A stretch of 64,000 nt of DNA from Octopus sinensis (Eukaryota), in NCBI RefSeq assembly GCF_006345805.1, contig NC_042997.1, forward strand, positions 179,614,001-179,678,000, given 5' to 3'. Positions 27,329-40,994 of this stretch are shown here, piece after piece. The translations under genes were made by a program, and so were the position numbers. The notes under the pieces were generated by a model, which searched no databases, was not told the origin of the DNA, and worked only from the letters and a program-made list of their open reading frames with translations. Every line of letters starts with the position of its first letter. Positions within the stretch are counted from its first letter, which is position 1.

Positions 27329-28117
27329 ATTATTGTGAAGTTTGTTTCCCGGAAACGTTCGGCCTTTTGTTCTATCTCCAACGTTCCCGGCTAACTTATC
27401 TCTAACCTTTTATTTTGCATTTTATGTCGTCCTTATCATAGCCGCTCTATCCAGTCCTTTCTCATTAAAATATTTGTTCTCTTGAAACATCCAATCTGTG
27501 CGTGTTTTTCCTGCAACTAACAATTTAAAGCGGAATATGAGTCAATCAGTCCTCACATAAATATGGATCTAAGTATGCATCAGTATGTATGCATATATAT
27601 GTGCGCGTATGTGGGTTCGTGTGTGTGTGTGTGTTTGCGGTGGTATGCATTTGTATACGCATAAGGAAGAGGACAGTATGAGAAAAATATGTCAGCGGTG
27701 GTCCTTTTGCTATTTAATGATCAAACTTACCCGCACCATTATGTTATTGAATCCAAAGTTTGGGCGAGTAAAATTTTAACGTTCTCTGCATTGGCCACTG
27801 GGAAAATAAACTTTTATTAACGTAATGACATAATTATCTCAAGTTGTTTAACTTGCAAAGTTTCTTACCATCAAATGAATAAAATCACTTATTCATTGAG
27901 TGATTTAATTTTTCATGAAATTATATTTTCTATCAATCGCTTCTTGCGATAATAAATAGTGATATGCGATAATGAATTTTCTTCTCATCAATGCTGATCT
28001 CATTGTAAGAGATTAAAGACTGCTTCTTTTCACTTTGCGCATGCGCATTGTTTTTGATTCTGTCTACTACAAAGTATAATAGGAGCAGAGGAAAATGTCC
28101 GTGAGAAAAACAGCACC

Positions 28118-28737
28118 ATGACGCGATTCTCTCTGCCAGATATTTGGAAACGACATGCTGTACTGCTTGGCATTAACGCTGGAAGCTCCAATACGTACAT
28201 TTCAGAATATTTGGATGTCAACCCGAGAACAATGCAATCTGAGGACATGAGAGTGATAAAAATCAAACATTCAGTCAACATCATTGTGTTTGAAGTGAAC
28301 ACCACTGATGGCAACGTTATATCTCCATTCACGGCCTCAGACTCAACACGGAGACTCACATTAACTGCCTGGAGGAGGTAGTGCTGCCCTGAGTCAAGAG
28401 GATGACTGCTGGAAAACCCTATGTCAGGCAACCAAACTCTGCACCCTGCGACACAAACAGGAAAACCCAGTTATGGCTGTCAGAGAATTTCTGCGACCAC
28501 ATTACTCCTAATATCTGGCTACATAACTGCGTAAACTACAACCTCCTTGATTATTAGGTGTCGTGCGCAGTTGAGCGAGAGGCCAACAAAATTCCATATA
28601 ACACCGAAGATGAACTAAAGGAAAAAATTATGGCAGCATGCACCAACTTAAACAAGGATACCGCCCAGAAGGGTTGCAAGAGATTCCGAAGCCGTCTGGA
28701 GATTGTGGTTGAAGCCAATGGCGATTTTATTGAATAA
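28118..28737 (+). mobile_element. maT-type (DD37D) transposase relic, internally deleted
   Basis: The N-terminus MTRFSLPDIWKRHAVLLGI is joined to KHSVNIIVF...SAPC...WLSENFCDHIT...FRSRLEIVVEANGDFIE*; homologous to 51575-51862. Confidence 0.85.
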
Positions 28738-28989
28738 ATTTACTGTTTTGTATGTCAAGCTATTTTAATGTAATTTGGGTAAATATATCTGTTCAAATGA
28801 GATGTTAATATTGTTTTCCTCTTTTGTATGACAAGAGTAAATAGACACCCTCATAATCATTACAATTTATTTAAAACTGAAATTATACATTCAAATTATT
28901 TATTAACTGCTATAATGTGAATATTAAATATTCAGTAGACATGCTCTTTGCATTTTTCAGTGCAAGGACCCTATTAATCATGTTATTGA

Positions 28990-29700
28990 TTAGATCAAAA
29001 AAATTCTTGCCAAGTTTCGCGCAGTAATCTCAGAAAATCTGGCTTTGAAGATACTTTCTTGTTCTTTTGATGAAGTGACCTGTCCATTATATCCCACAGG
29101 TGTACAATAGAGTTCATATCTGGTGATTGGCTTGCCCATGGAAAATTTTTAAAGCCATCCTCAACCAACAAGTCTTGGGTCATTTTAGCCCCGTGACAAG
29201 GAGCCTGATCTTCCATAAATAAAGAGTCGTCTTTAATCATTTCTCCAATGGAGAAGATTGAAAAGAGTTCTTCCTGCAATATGAACACATATTTATCTGA
29301 GTTTATGTTTCCCTCACACTCCACCTACTCTGATCAACCATTGCTCCAAATTGATCCCCAGACCATCACAGAATAGCAGGCGTGTTTCATTGTCGTCTGC
29401 AATCTTTTCATATCGAATTCTTGATCACTGAGTCTCCAGACAACACGCGACCACTGACAAGAAACAGCAAATCTGGACTCAACAGAGAACATGACTGTGT
29501 CCCAAAATGCTAGTGGCCTCTCTACCATCTCACTGGTGCAATCTGTTCCGCGCTTAATGTTGGCTGGTCGTAGAAGTGACTTCTTGCTGCTCTGTCATAG
29601 TATCCAGTACGTACACGCTTAAAAGAGTCAATTCTGTGATATATTTTCCGTGGTAGTTGCAAAGGCAGCATAACCACTTAATATTATTCGCCCAAGATGA
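28990..29700 (-). mobile_element. Tc1-type (DD34E spacing) transposase relic
   Basis: WDTVMFSVESRF, VMVWGSI and FMEDQAPCH...WASQSPDMNSIVHLW; exactly 34 residues separate D from the mutated E position. Confidence 0.88.
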
Positions 29701-29701
29701 T

Positions 29702-29702
29702 T

Positions 29703-29784
<82 letters not shown>

Positions 29785-29808
29785 CATCTATCTATCTATC
29801 TATCCTTC
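29702..29808. repeat. (ATCT)n microsatellite
   Basis: Seen directly. Confidence 0.95.
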
Positions 29809-29915
29809 TATCTTTTACTTGTCTTAGTCATTTGATTGCAGCCATACTGGAGGGTTTTAGTCGATGAAACCAACCTCAAGATTATTTTTAATGCCTAGTA
29901 CTTATTCTATATCTA
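29809..29915 (-). mobile_element. SINE family A, degenerate 3' fragment
   Basis: cttttacttgtcttagtcatttgattgcagccatactggag...cctagtacttattctat is the reverse complement of the family A tail. Confidence 0.7.
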
Positions 29916-30164
29916 GTTTATTGTGAATGAGGGAAACGGAAATTGGAGTTCACGAGAATTTTTATTCATCACAACGATCTTTCGATTGATCTTGCGTCGG
30001 TTTATTGCGGGTGGGATACTATACAACTGGCGTGTTGCATCCCGCAGTGCAGATGCATCTTGTCAAGTGCGTTGTTTTAATATACTCGGTTTCACTTGGT
30101 TCGTTTATACGGCATGCTGTTGTTGTCAGTATGTTGCTGTCTATAATAGTCAGCCTCTTACTGA

Positions 30165-30410
30165 GTAAAAATGCTACAAAAATTTATGAAACGCTCCAAC
30201 CTGCACGCGGATGCCGAGCATTTATCCTTCACTGACACAAGAGGCCAGGCAAAGCAAGTGCACCGGGGATCTCTTGGTGATCCCCTCTTTCGACTGCAAG
30301 GGCATCATCTACATTGGGTTCTCTCTGGCCAGACGGTTAACAGAGACTACTTTGTTGAGGTTTTGAGATAATTCAGGAGAGGATTTCATAGCGAAAGGCC
30401 AGAGGACCAG
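30165..30410 (+). mobile_element. Mariner transposase relic, internally deleted
   Basis: KNATKIYETLQ (N-terminus-like), then FDCKGII / HWVLSGQTVNRDYFVEVLR*FRRGFHSERP. Confidence 0.7.
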
Positions 30411-31559
30411 CCTTTTATCTGAGAATAAATGCATCATCTCCATAAAGCAACCAATCAAAATATTAGCCTTAATCATATGGGGCATTATTGCATACGTGCT
30501 ATGCGAGCTGTTCTCGAAGAAATCAGTGATTTGTGTTGTTTTTCAATAAGAATAGTACAGTTCTGAACATGAAGTTACTAACCCTCATGACCTTTTAAAA
30601 GAAATAAGTTATAATGATTTTGCTCGATATCTTTTAATGAATTGAAGAAGGTACTTTACCTTAAATATAAACTTTAGATGGCTTCTCGAAGAGGACGGTG
30701 ACTGAATAACATTAAGACTGATAAGCTTCTAAAATATATCAATTTTTTCTTTAGAAATTTGCCTTTCTAGCTTTGAGACAGATGACCGCTTGAGTAATGC
30801 AGAAGAAATGAATATTTTTCAATGAATTTTATAACGTACCTCATGTTGAATGGTGACTTTAGACGTCTTCTTTGTGAAATAAAAGTAATGTTGCTCTAAG
30901 CACTTAGCAGACGATAGCTTCTTTACGTCTACTCATAATTGTAAAAGAAGAAAAGACAAAGAATACTTCGGTACTTTCAGTTTAAAGACATTTGTCAAAT
31001 ATCTATGTGTGTATGTGAGAGAGAAGGAGAGGGAGAGACAGACAGAAAGAGTGGGTGAGACAGCGGGAGAAACAGAGGAAACCAAAATGAAAGAGTAGTA
31101 TGCAAAATAAAGTGATAAAAAGTGAGAAAGATGGAGTGGGTGATAGTGACTCACAAACAAGAACATAGATAGGTATATAGATAGATAGATAGATGTACAG
31201 AGGGGGTAATATAAAGACTTTGACTTAATCGTAAATAAGTATGTGTGGTGGGTACTATACTTTTAATTGCTTATATATCGTAAATACATGTGTACATATT
31301 ATAGATTATCTCTGTGTTTTAAAGTAATCATACTGTAGTATGATCGTGCTCTATGTCCTAAAATGTTAGAACATGATCTATATTCTAAAATATTAAAGCT
31401 ACTCATATTCCGCTTTTGTTTCCCTCTTTATTCTATGTGTCCTTCTATTTTAAAAGATGGCTGCGTGAGGTAGTCAAGAACATTTGGTTGCTATTTCTAG
31501 CAGGTCCAGCAACTACGTAGACATTTTCATTAGACATGATATTCCTGATCTGTAGAACA

Positions 31560-31960
31560 TATCCATTTGAAAGAATGCCAAGTGTGGATAGTAACTGTAT
31601 ATTTTGTAGGATGAACCCATAGGTAAACTGCAAGATAAGCAATATAGTGTATAGACAGCGGTGTACTGAGGAACAGTGCAGAAACATAGCATCGGCATAC
31701 CATGGGGAGACACCACGAAGTATAGGGGAGCGGACAGATAAACACTGGCGGGAGCTAAAGGAGGAGAAAAGCTTGTGAGTGCTCTATGAACATGCTCAAT
31801 TAGAACATGGAGCCTCGGTTAATAATATATATGTTAAGATATTATCAACACAGAACACATGTGATGCGTAGACAGAATACGGAAGCCTCACACATAACAA
31901 TAGAACGAGCCTCAACAGAAAACATGAAAGAAATAACAATACCCCTCCATTCCATTACAC
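31560..31960 (+). mobile_element. Penelope-like GIY-YIG endonuclease relic
   Basis: NIVYRQRCTEEQC...AYHGETPRSIGERTDKH...VLYEHAQLEH, then RRQNTEASHI...NMKE after a frameshift. Confidence 0.7.
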
Positions 31961-33169
31961 TACTCAACCTGACGAGTGAAAACAGAACAAGAGAAGAAAA
32001 CGAAGACAAAGATTCAAACACTATAATACATAAACCTTACAAGACACACATGCACTTACTAAAAACGGAATGAGAAAAAGGAAAATAAAAAACAAATAAA
32101 TAAAACATCTAACTAAAAGACACAGGTACACTGTAGTAAGCAAACACATATACACGCACGCAAAACACGCATACTAAACACAGTGACACGTATATACACA
32201 CGCGCACATGCGGAGATGAGGATACATACAGCAAAAAGACAAAATGGACTAAACAGAGCAGAAGGAAACACGTGGAATAAAGAATCGGTGAAGAGCTTTG
32301 ACAAACAAACAAAAGTAACAATAATAAAGCTGAATTAATGATCAAGCATATAGTGCCTTGCTTAATTGGCAAGATATGACCCTCCCAAATATAGTAATAT
32401 CTGTTTCAACGTATCATTTCATATCAAGAATCTTATAAAGCAATTACATAAACGTATGTGTGTGCGTGCGTGTGTGGGCGACAAACTATGAAATAGTTTT
32501 CCATGCTACAAACGAGCGAAGCTGGAAACTTCCTGGCTTCGGGTAAAAGAAAATACAGGGGGATCGGTTAATTGAGATTTTATTCAACACATTCCACTCT
32601 CAGATTCACGCACTTATTGCAGCACTCATTCAGTTTTCGTGAGCCATTTAAAATATCTCGAAAGCTTAAGCCTCCGGCCAGGTCTTTCGTGGTACCCTTG
32701 AAGCCAGGAACATTTCAGCACCCTCCTCGAAAATTTCCGTATTTTATTTGTAGGCCCCATGTCATCTTTCACCTCATGATTATATTACTCTTATGTACTG
32801 TTTTCTGTAAACTTGAACTTCCTTATAAACAATATATTCTTTCAGAAGGAGAATGAATAAAATGATCGTGTGGACTTCTAACATTTGTACATGCAGCATA
32901 CAGTTGCCTATCAGAGAAATAATGTTCTTCAAGTTTTATCTCAACGACAAATAAAAGTTTGTTCCTGGTATATATTTAATGACATAACAAAAGCTGAGTT
33001 TTCGTTCTTTATCTATTACATAATATAAGTGCCGGTCGGAATTATCATAGTGGACATATTAAGGTCGATTAAATATTTGAAGACGATGCCCAAGTATGAT
33101 CACAGTCGCGTACATATATATATATACGTTTGCTCCTGTGTGTTCATATACATGTTCGCTTCAAATTTT

Positions 33170-33295
33170 GGCACAATGCTAGCAATTTTTCGAGAAATGA
33201 AAATCGATCACATCGACACTAGTGTTCAAATATTATTTTATTTTATCGACCCCAAATAATTTAAGGTAAAGTCGACCTTGATGTAATGTGTACGT
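33170..33295 (-). mobile_element. SINE family B, degenerate
   Basis: ttttatcgaccccaaataatttaaggtaaagtcgacctt is the reverse complement of the B core. Confidence 0.65.
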
Positions 33296-33854
33296 ATACA
33301 TATTAATCATATTATTATTCCGCTTGTTTCTACGACTGGTTGTTTTGTCCATGTGCTAATCTTTATGCTAAGTGAGGCAATAACTCGAACGGAGAAATAT
33401 ATAAAGAAGAGGAGAGAGTGTGAAAGAAAGAAATAAAGGGAGGAAGAAAGAAAGGAAGAAAGGAAGGAAGAAAGAAAGGAAGAAAGAGAGATTGAATTGT
33501 GATTCAAATCGCATGGAAAGTTGAAATATTTAACATAATGAAACAATGACACGATCTATAAATATATGAACTAGAAAATATACCAATAGATAGTTAAATC
33601 AAGGAGAAATAACCTTAGTGATTAAATAACTGAGGATCTTACACTTTTGTATCTTGCGTTTTCCAGACTGGAGACTGTGGCCATGCTGGGGCATCACTAT
33701 TATTCTACTTATGTTTTTGCCTTTAGGCTTAAATGCTTATCGGTATTATGAAAGTAGATACATCGCTGAAGGGAAAGTAGGTATGATATTTAATTAGATA
33801 GATGGATAGATAGAGACGTAGGTGAGGTGAGTCTATGGATATATCAATAGATAT

Positions 33855-34068
33855 GCAGAAAGATTTACTGCGTGTGTACCGTTGGCGATTTTTTTCCCTC
33901 TGTCTTCCCTTCTCTGGATCTTTCCTTCTCCTATGTTTCCGATGAAGAGCTCCACTCGAAACGTTAAACCCTCCTTCCTTCCTTCTTTCCTGAGCGTCCA
34001 ATAATACTATATTTGTTCCACGTCCTCGCGTTGTTGTGTTTTTTTTTGTGATTTCATGTTTGGATTAA
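33855..34068 (+). mobile_element. Penelope pLTR-like repeat
   Basis: Contains a minimal hammerhead-like motif at 33935-33969, in a pyrimidine-rich context that ends in (TA)n. Confidence 0.55.
33935..33969 (+). ncRNA. Minimal type-I hammerhead-ribozyme-like motif, probably a mutated copy
   Basis: gttt-CCGATGA-a-gag(ctcca)ctc-GAAA-cgtt-aaac: helix I gttt/aaac, helix II gag/ctc, palindromic helix III aacgtt. The core U4 position is C here. Confidence 0.45.
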
Positions 34069-34069
34069 C

Positions 34070-34125
<56 letters not shown>

Positions 34126-34139
34126 TGAGTGTGTGTGTG

Positions 34140-34192
<53 letters not shown>

Positions 34193-35556
34193 AGGTAGCT
34201 AAACTGAAAGGAAATGAAAATATCAATCGCTAAATAAGTTGGACTTGTCCTTGGTCGAGTTTGGATCGTGAAAAGTGTAGTTTTGTTTATAAATATCAAT
34301 AACTTTTATCATTTTAATTCATCTTTTATTTCCTTAAACTCTAAAGCACATCATATGTGTCAAACATATTAAAAGGTTTATAAACTATACCTTCTATGTT
34401 CATTTCGATTACATTTAAAAATACAGTTTTATTAAATGACAAGATTTCAAAAACTATTTTCTTTATTTTCGAGGTTCTTTACTTGTGTTTAGTATATTAA
34501 CATAACGTTTCCAAATATACTTACTCTGTAAAGTATCTATGGGTCCCGCGATTTATTATTAACTGGCTACCAAACGTTTTGATTTGAATTCAGTTCAGTT
34601 TATTTATGTAATTCTATGTACATCTCGTCTTCGTTTTATTTATCCCTCATAATCATCCCGACATTTGTATAGCGTTCACAGCAACAACATTATTTTTTCT
34701 TTTGCAATTAACCTCCTGAGAGCATCCACCACATCGTAAGGATTCCAGCATAGTTTAACTACCTGTCCGCCGTTCATTCTACCAGTCACTCGAAACACGT
34801 CAAGGTGTTGAACAAAATATACCAGACTTTGTGAAATATATTCATACATATTTATTTACAACTGACTTAAAGACACATATATTGTTTAGATTAGGAAAAT
34901 CTTGATCTTTTATATCGAACATCTTACATATACATAATCTTTACTTTCAGCTTTTTCAGATTAGAAAAAATCAGGTTCAAGAAAATATTCGCATTTTTGC
35001 ATTAGAACTATGATGAGCAAATTTGATATATTCTATTCTTTTAAGCATGTCAGGCATTTTTAATAATTGTTAATTCTTCTCCAAATATCGGAAACGGAAG
35101 CAATTAGAAACGAATTATATATCATATACTTTTCCTTGTCTATACCAACAGCATTCGAATCATTAAATGTGCATTTATCGCACCTCTTAAAACGAAACTA
35201 TTTATACGTTCCGTTCTTTGAGTAAAAATATCAATACGAACCAGATAGGAATATTTAAAAGAGATATGCTGTTATCTAATCCATTGAAAACACACAACAC
35301 TTCCAATCAGACTTAATATAAGTAGTGCAAAGGATAAAAACCTTAGAAATACATTTAAAAATACTAGGTTCTTAAGAATACCACAAACATTGCAGATCTT
35401 GCATAACAGTGAAAGACCATTTTGTGGTCATCCCGAGATTTAGACTTATTTACAAAACGAGAAGTGAATTAGAGATTTTTAACAAACACGTCTTATTGTC
35501 AAAGATACTGCAGTAAGGCTGGCGTTGTTCCCCGTCGGCAAGACTTAAATTATATA

Positions 35557-35641
35557 GTGAAATCGATAGAAAGAGTACAATGGACTTGCCTGAACTTTCC
35601 ATATTTCACAGCAAGTTCACTGTACTTTTTATCGATTTAAC
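35557..35641. other. Isolated ~85-nt imperfect hairpin
   Basis: About 32 paired positions counting G:U, with a 10-nt loop at 35595-35604. Confidence 0.7.
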
Positions 35642-37009
35642 ACAACTGTTATAAAAGAAAAAACAGATACACACTTTTGTAGCAATTCCAGTATAATGTG
35701 ATTTAACAATATCGCAGATAAATTCAAATACAGATTCTTCATGTTCCATTTTGCAGTATGCTACCCAGCTATTTCTAAGTGTGAGCTGAAATCTCTAGAA
35801 TTTATATAAACTTACACAATCTAACCAGTACAATAATGAATAGAAGCGTGGTTAATTAATGGCGATACATTTTTGATGACGTTAAGATTTTAGCGTTCCC
35901 ACCATTCCTGTTACTAACTAGAAATTTCAGGTTTGGTCTGATTATATATACCTCACAATGACACGCAAAACTATACCTAAGACTGTACAATGTTGAAGAA
36001 ACGATAAATAACAGATAAAATGTCCCCAACATGAAAGATTATGTAATATGCAAACATAAAATTTGTAAAATGTTTCTTTGAATATTTATCTTAGAAAATA
36101 ATTAATTTCCTAAATGTTCTATTAAGCTTAAACAATCACAAACATTCAAATCCATGAAAGTGAATAAATAGAAGACGTAACCACTTTACTAACATCATAC
36201 AGGACATTACAGTTTACACTGGTCGATGTGTATCAAGACTATCATCAAACACAAAAATATTTGAGAATGATGCTTACACAACTCTAGAGTGGTTCCTTGT
36301 GGCGGAATTAACACCATGCCGAAGCATGTAGAGCGAAGCAGCTCAAATCCTATCAAACATGAAAATAAAAGAAATATGTTTCAGTCAATCTTAGTTTAAA
36401 TATAGCCACAAATGTAGTTAGGCCCTTCCTTACATTCATTAGTACGCATTTCTCTGATTCACACATACATCATAAAATATTTTTAAAATTCTGTTAAAGC
36501 CAGCTTTAACATTCTTTATGGCGTCTGACGGATTTAGTACTACCAAACATTGCGAATGCAGTTTTAAGATTTGTTAAATCTCTTAAGATATTTAATCCTT
36601 AAGCTTCATCGTGGCTGCTAAGTGTGAGAAGCCTTCGTGAGTTATTCCGAATGACACAAAAAATTAATTTTCTTGCATTAAACAGAAACTAAAACAATAA
36701 AATGCGTCTAATCCACAAGATATTTATATGTCATATTATGAAACTTCAAAAATAATTGCTTGAATACAAAATAATAATTGTTTCAAATTTTGACACAAGA
36801 CGAGCAATTTTAGGGAGGCGATTGTTACTAGATTACATCGACCCCAAGTTTTTGACTAGCGCTATACTTTGTCAAACCCCAAAGGACGAAATACAATGTA
36901 TAAATCAACAGGGTTTCGACTTAAAATGTAAAGAGCTGGAAGAAATGTTTCGAAGTATTGCACCCGACGTGCTAACGAGTCTGTTAGCTCCCTGCTTCAT
37001 TAGTTGTAA

Positions 37010-37150
37010 CTTTGGTACAAGGCCAGCAATTTTGATGGGAAGGGACAAGTCAACTACATCGGCTTGACTCTTATTTCCTTTATTTACCTGCGAAAGAATT
37101 TAAGGTAACGTTGATCTCGGTGGAATTTGAAATCAGAACGTAAAGAGTCA
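37010..37150 (-). mobile_element. SINE family B2, degenerate (another remnant at ~36790-36870)
   Basis: ctcggtggaatttgaaatcagaacgtaa and cacaagg/caatttt tail motifs in reverse. Confidence 0.6.
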
Positions 37151-38509
37151 AAACAACTCGAAAGACTTTCTCTGTGTAACAACAAAAATAACGGTAAATG
37201 ATGATCTTTGTCTTAGAATTTAATGTGGATGTGAAAGATGGATATTTCTAAACCCATCTTTTTACCTTTTATCTTTTACTTGTTTCAGTCATTAGACTGC
37301 GACAATGCTTCGACCATGCCTCATGTCAAATGCTTAATATTTTCTGAAATGACTAAAGCATTCGTATTATGCTTCGAAGCTCTTTGGTTGTCACATATAC
37401 AAAGTGCTTTCTTTCCTAAAAATAATTTAACTCAAACCATGAATCAAATAATGAGAAAACGTAAAATAAGAATAAACCAAGAAAGTACAATTTTTATTCT
37501 TAAGTAAAACTTCAAGTAACCCATTTTTTAAAAATACAGATGAAATATGAACAACATTGTATATATTAACACTAATATTAGTCTCTTCGCCGGGACAGAA
37601 ATAGAAAGAATGTGAATTTGAACGATTGTTTTCCATGGCTAGTCTTTTTCTTAACTTTAACTTTAACTAATTCCATTTAACTGTTAGCATCCGAAACTAT
37701 TTCGGAAAGTTAGCGGCCGCATTGGACTGCACTGCTTTCATTGATAATTAGTGTTTACATTGATAATTAGTGTTTAAGGTGGCAAAATTTCCACAAGAAT
37801 GACTATGCTACAATCTCCTATCACCGGGTGAATTCGATTTTTGATCTAGTATTTCTTCTTCTACAGCCACAAATATATAAAAACCATTTTAAGATAACCA
37901 TACTCATATACACACGCACCACTACTACCCCACGGAGCCGTATGAAAGTAAAGTAGAAGTACTGAAATATTGACAAAGGTGAGGGACAGAAATATACTCC
38001 AACGTGGAGATAAAAAAAATCCTGAAGATTAAGGAGGATTTACGGCGACGGAATTTCCTCATGTTCTTTGAGCTAGCCTCATGACATCAAATAAACATTT
38101 TACACTAATTGTACAAACAGATAAATACAGATATTGCAATCCTGTTTTCAACAGTTCCGTCTTTGATTACAGAAACGGACATCCGTGCTCTCACTTCATA
38201 TTCAATCCCTTTGCTTATCATTTATGGATGTCACATGTATCTTGAAATTTGAAGTATATTTCTGTTTATTGTAATTTACCTAGGTATATATAAAATTAGT
38301 TCATTTATGTTTTTTCTTTTTTTTTCTATGAAAGATTCATTATCTCTCGCACTTTATTTCTCACTTCCAATGCTAATTGTTATTCGACTATATTTGCTTC
38401 AGTTTTACAGGTTTAAACTATATGGATAATTTTCTTTCCACTTACACTTATTTTAAAGAAATGTCTGATAGCTCAGTTTGGTGATGTTTGGGGAGGAAGA
38501 ATCCAGAAA

Positions 38510-40234
38510 ATTCTCTTGAGACAAGTTATGAATAATCGTAATCTTCTGACAAACGAATCTATTAATACGAAAGTGAACATAAGACAGGCTGGATCACGGC
38601 ACTTTTTAATTATTAATGGGTTTTACATGACGATCCAAGTTGTGCAATTCCATTGTACCTTGCTTGTTACAAACTGCTTCTAGATATAATAATGATTCCA
38701 ACAATATTTAAAATGGCACGTCTACTGAAATTACAATGATGTACTTGTATTTTAAAATACTACTGGATTCTTGAAATCAACGGATAACAGCTTTTGTTAG
38801 TATTGTCAGAGCCAGTGAAAAGGATAATGGAGAAAGTTATTTGATTGCAGAATTTTTTGCACACAGTTGTAGAAGTCTGACAACGCCAACGTGTAAAATA
38901 ATAGTGGGTGATATGTGGATGAGATGCAACAAAAAAATTGAAAACGTTTCACTTTCAAGCAATACAAGTTAGCGTATTAATGGCATATCAAATGATACTG
39001 AAGAGATTTTGTGTGATAAAGTCTAAAAAAGATGAAAAAATTCTATCGATGGTGAAGATTCAACAGATCAATGTCATTCTGGAGCTTTTTTTTTTAGAAT
39101 TTGTCAATGAGGATAAAGTTTGATGAATTATATTTTTTTTTTTATTATTACAAAGACTTGCATTGCTCGTGTCGAGTAAAAGAAAATGTATTTTCAATAT
39201 TTCCACCTCATACTTGGAAACGAGAAAAAGTACACTTTCAAATATCTGGAAACGCGATAAAGTATTACTATAGCCCCAAAATTGATAGTAGGTACCGTAA
39301 GAGGTCTATTTTCCATTTAAAGTATAGAATGCAGATACTGTCTAGACATATTGCTTTCTTCACAGAGAAGTATTGATTCTTAAATCTTTTGGAGATGAAT
39401 TTAAACATAGCGCTACAAAAATGGTCAGTTTATTAAAGAAAAGTTTACTCATGACTGTTTTAAAACCTGCGTGAAATCCCTTGCAATGTACTGGAAACTG
39501 ATGTCTGACTGGAAACTGAATTCTGAATAAGGGGAGTAAGCTGAAGGATTTCAGGAATACGTACATAAAACAGGAGGCCGAAGTTAACCAAGTCCTTTGA
39601 AGATGAAAAAAGTTACAGAGGGTTGCATACTGAGTTGTTTCTTATCACAAGAATCTGTTGCAAAATGTATTCCAATGTCTTAATGATAATGTATTGAAAT
39701 CAAGTAACTAGATTTGGGAGTTGAATGATGACTAATCTTTTAAAGAAAGCACAATATAAAAGAAAATATTGAAAAGTTTTAACTAATTCTAATGAGGATT
39801 AAAAGTGCAGAAATATATTTAATTCAAATTGTATTGAAACTCACTCGGGAGAATTTTTGATCAAATCTGAACATTATTTCCTTGTTCTCACCAGAAGTGT
39901 ATGAACTAGTGAACTATATATCTACTCTTGCTTAAAATATGAATTTAAGTGAACAGGTAGAAAGTTTTGTACTGCAATGTGATTCTACAAGATTCTACTC
40001 AACAAGTTTGGGATTTCTGTAAGAGAAAATGTCATTCATTTAGTCATTCATAAAATGTTAATGAATATATTGCTATAGTTTCAGTTCCTTCAATCTGCGC
40101 AAAAGCCTTAAGTTAATTAAGAAGTAATGGGAGCAAATACTGAAACAATCTTTTAGATGAAATCCGTGTGAGTTTACCTAAACTTCAACTCCAACTTTAG
40201 TTTGTACGAAAACACAAGTACATTTTCTCATTAA
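38510..40234 (+). mobile_element. hAT (Buster/Charlie-type) transposase relic, near full length
   Basis: LLTNESI, IAE / SLTTPTCKIIV, ENVSLSSNT, EDSTD, YCFLHREVLILKSFGDEFK (CFLHRE 39352-39369), LHTE and DEIRVSL...SH* (stop 40232-40234), in order. Confidence 0.8.
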
Positions 40235-40311
40235 AAATGAAAGTTTGATTATATGAATTGGCTTCAAAAATAGTATTGCCTTGACCGTCATGTTAAATCA
40301 CCTATTAAAAA

Positions 40312-40953
40312 AAGGTGGCGAGCTGGCAGAAACGTTAGCACGCCGGGCAAAATGCTTAGCAGTATTTCGTCTGCCGCTACGTTCTGAGTTCAAATTCCGC
40401 TGTTGTCGACTTTGCCTTTCATCCTTTCGGGGTCGATAAATTAAGTACCAGTTACTCACTGGAGTTGATATAATCGACTCAATCCGTTTGTCTGTCCTTG
40501 TTTGTTCCCTCTGTGTTTAGCCCATTATGGGTAGTAAAGAAATTGGTATTAGCGCTACCTTCTGAGTTCAAATTCCGCCGAAGTCAACTTTGCCTTTCAT
40601 CCTTTCGGGGTCGATAAATTAAGTGCCAGCTGAGTCCTGAGATCGATGTGATCGACTAGTCTCCCCCCCCCCCACAAAATCCATAACCACGTGCCTAATC
40701 CGGAAAGAATTATTTTTATTAAGGTGGTGAGCTGGTAGAATAATTAGCGCACCGAGCGAAATGCTTAGCGGCATTTTGTCCGTCGCTGCGTTCTGAGTTC
40801 AAATTCTGCCGAGGTCGACTTTGGCTTTTATCTTTTCGAGGTCCATAAATTAAGTACCAATGAAACACTAAGTTCGATGTAATCGAATGGTTCCCTCCCC
40901 ACAAAATTTCAGGCCTTGTGCCTCCAGTAGCAAGGATTATTATTATTATTATA

Positions 40954-40994
<41 letters not shown>

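Noticed and set aside
37867-37978. Strong-looking acceptor (ttcttcttctacag) and donor (AAG|GTGAGG) bounding 112 nt
   Set aside because: Stops in all three frames; a non-coding exon cannot be supported without RNA data.
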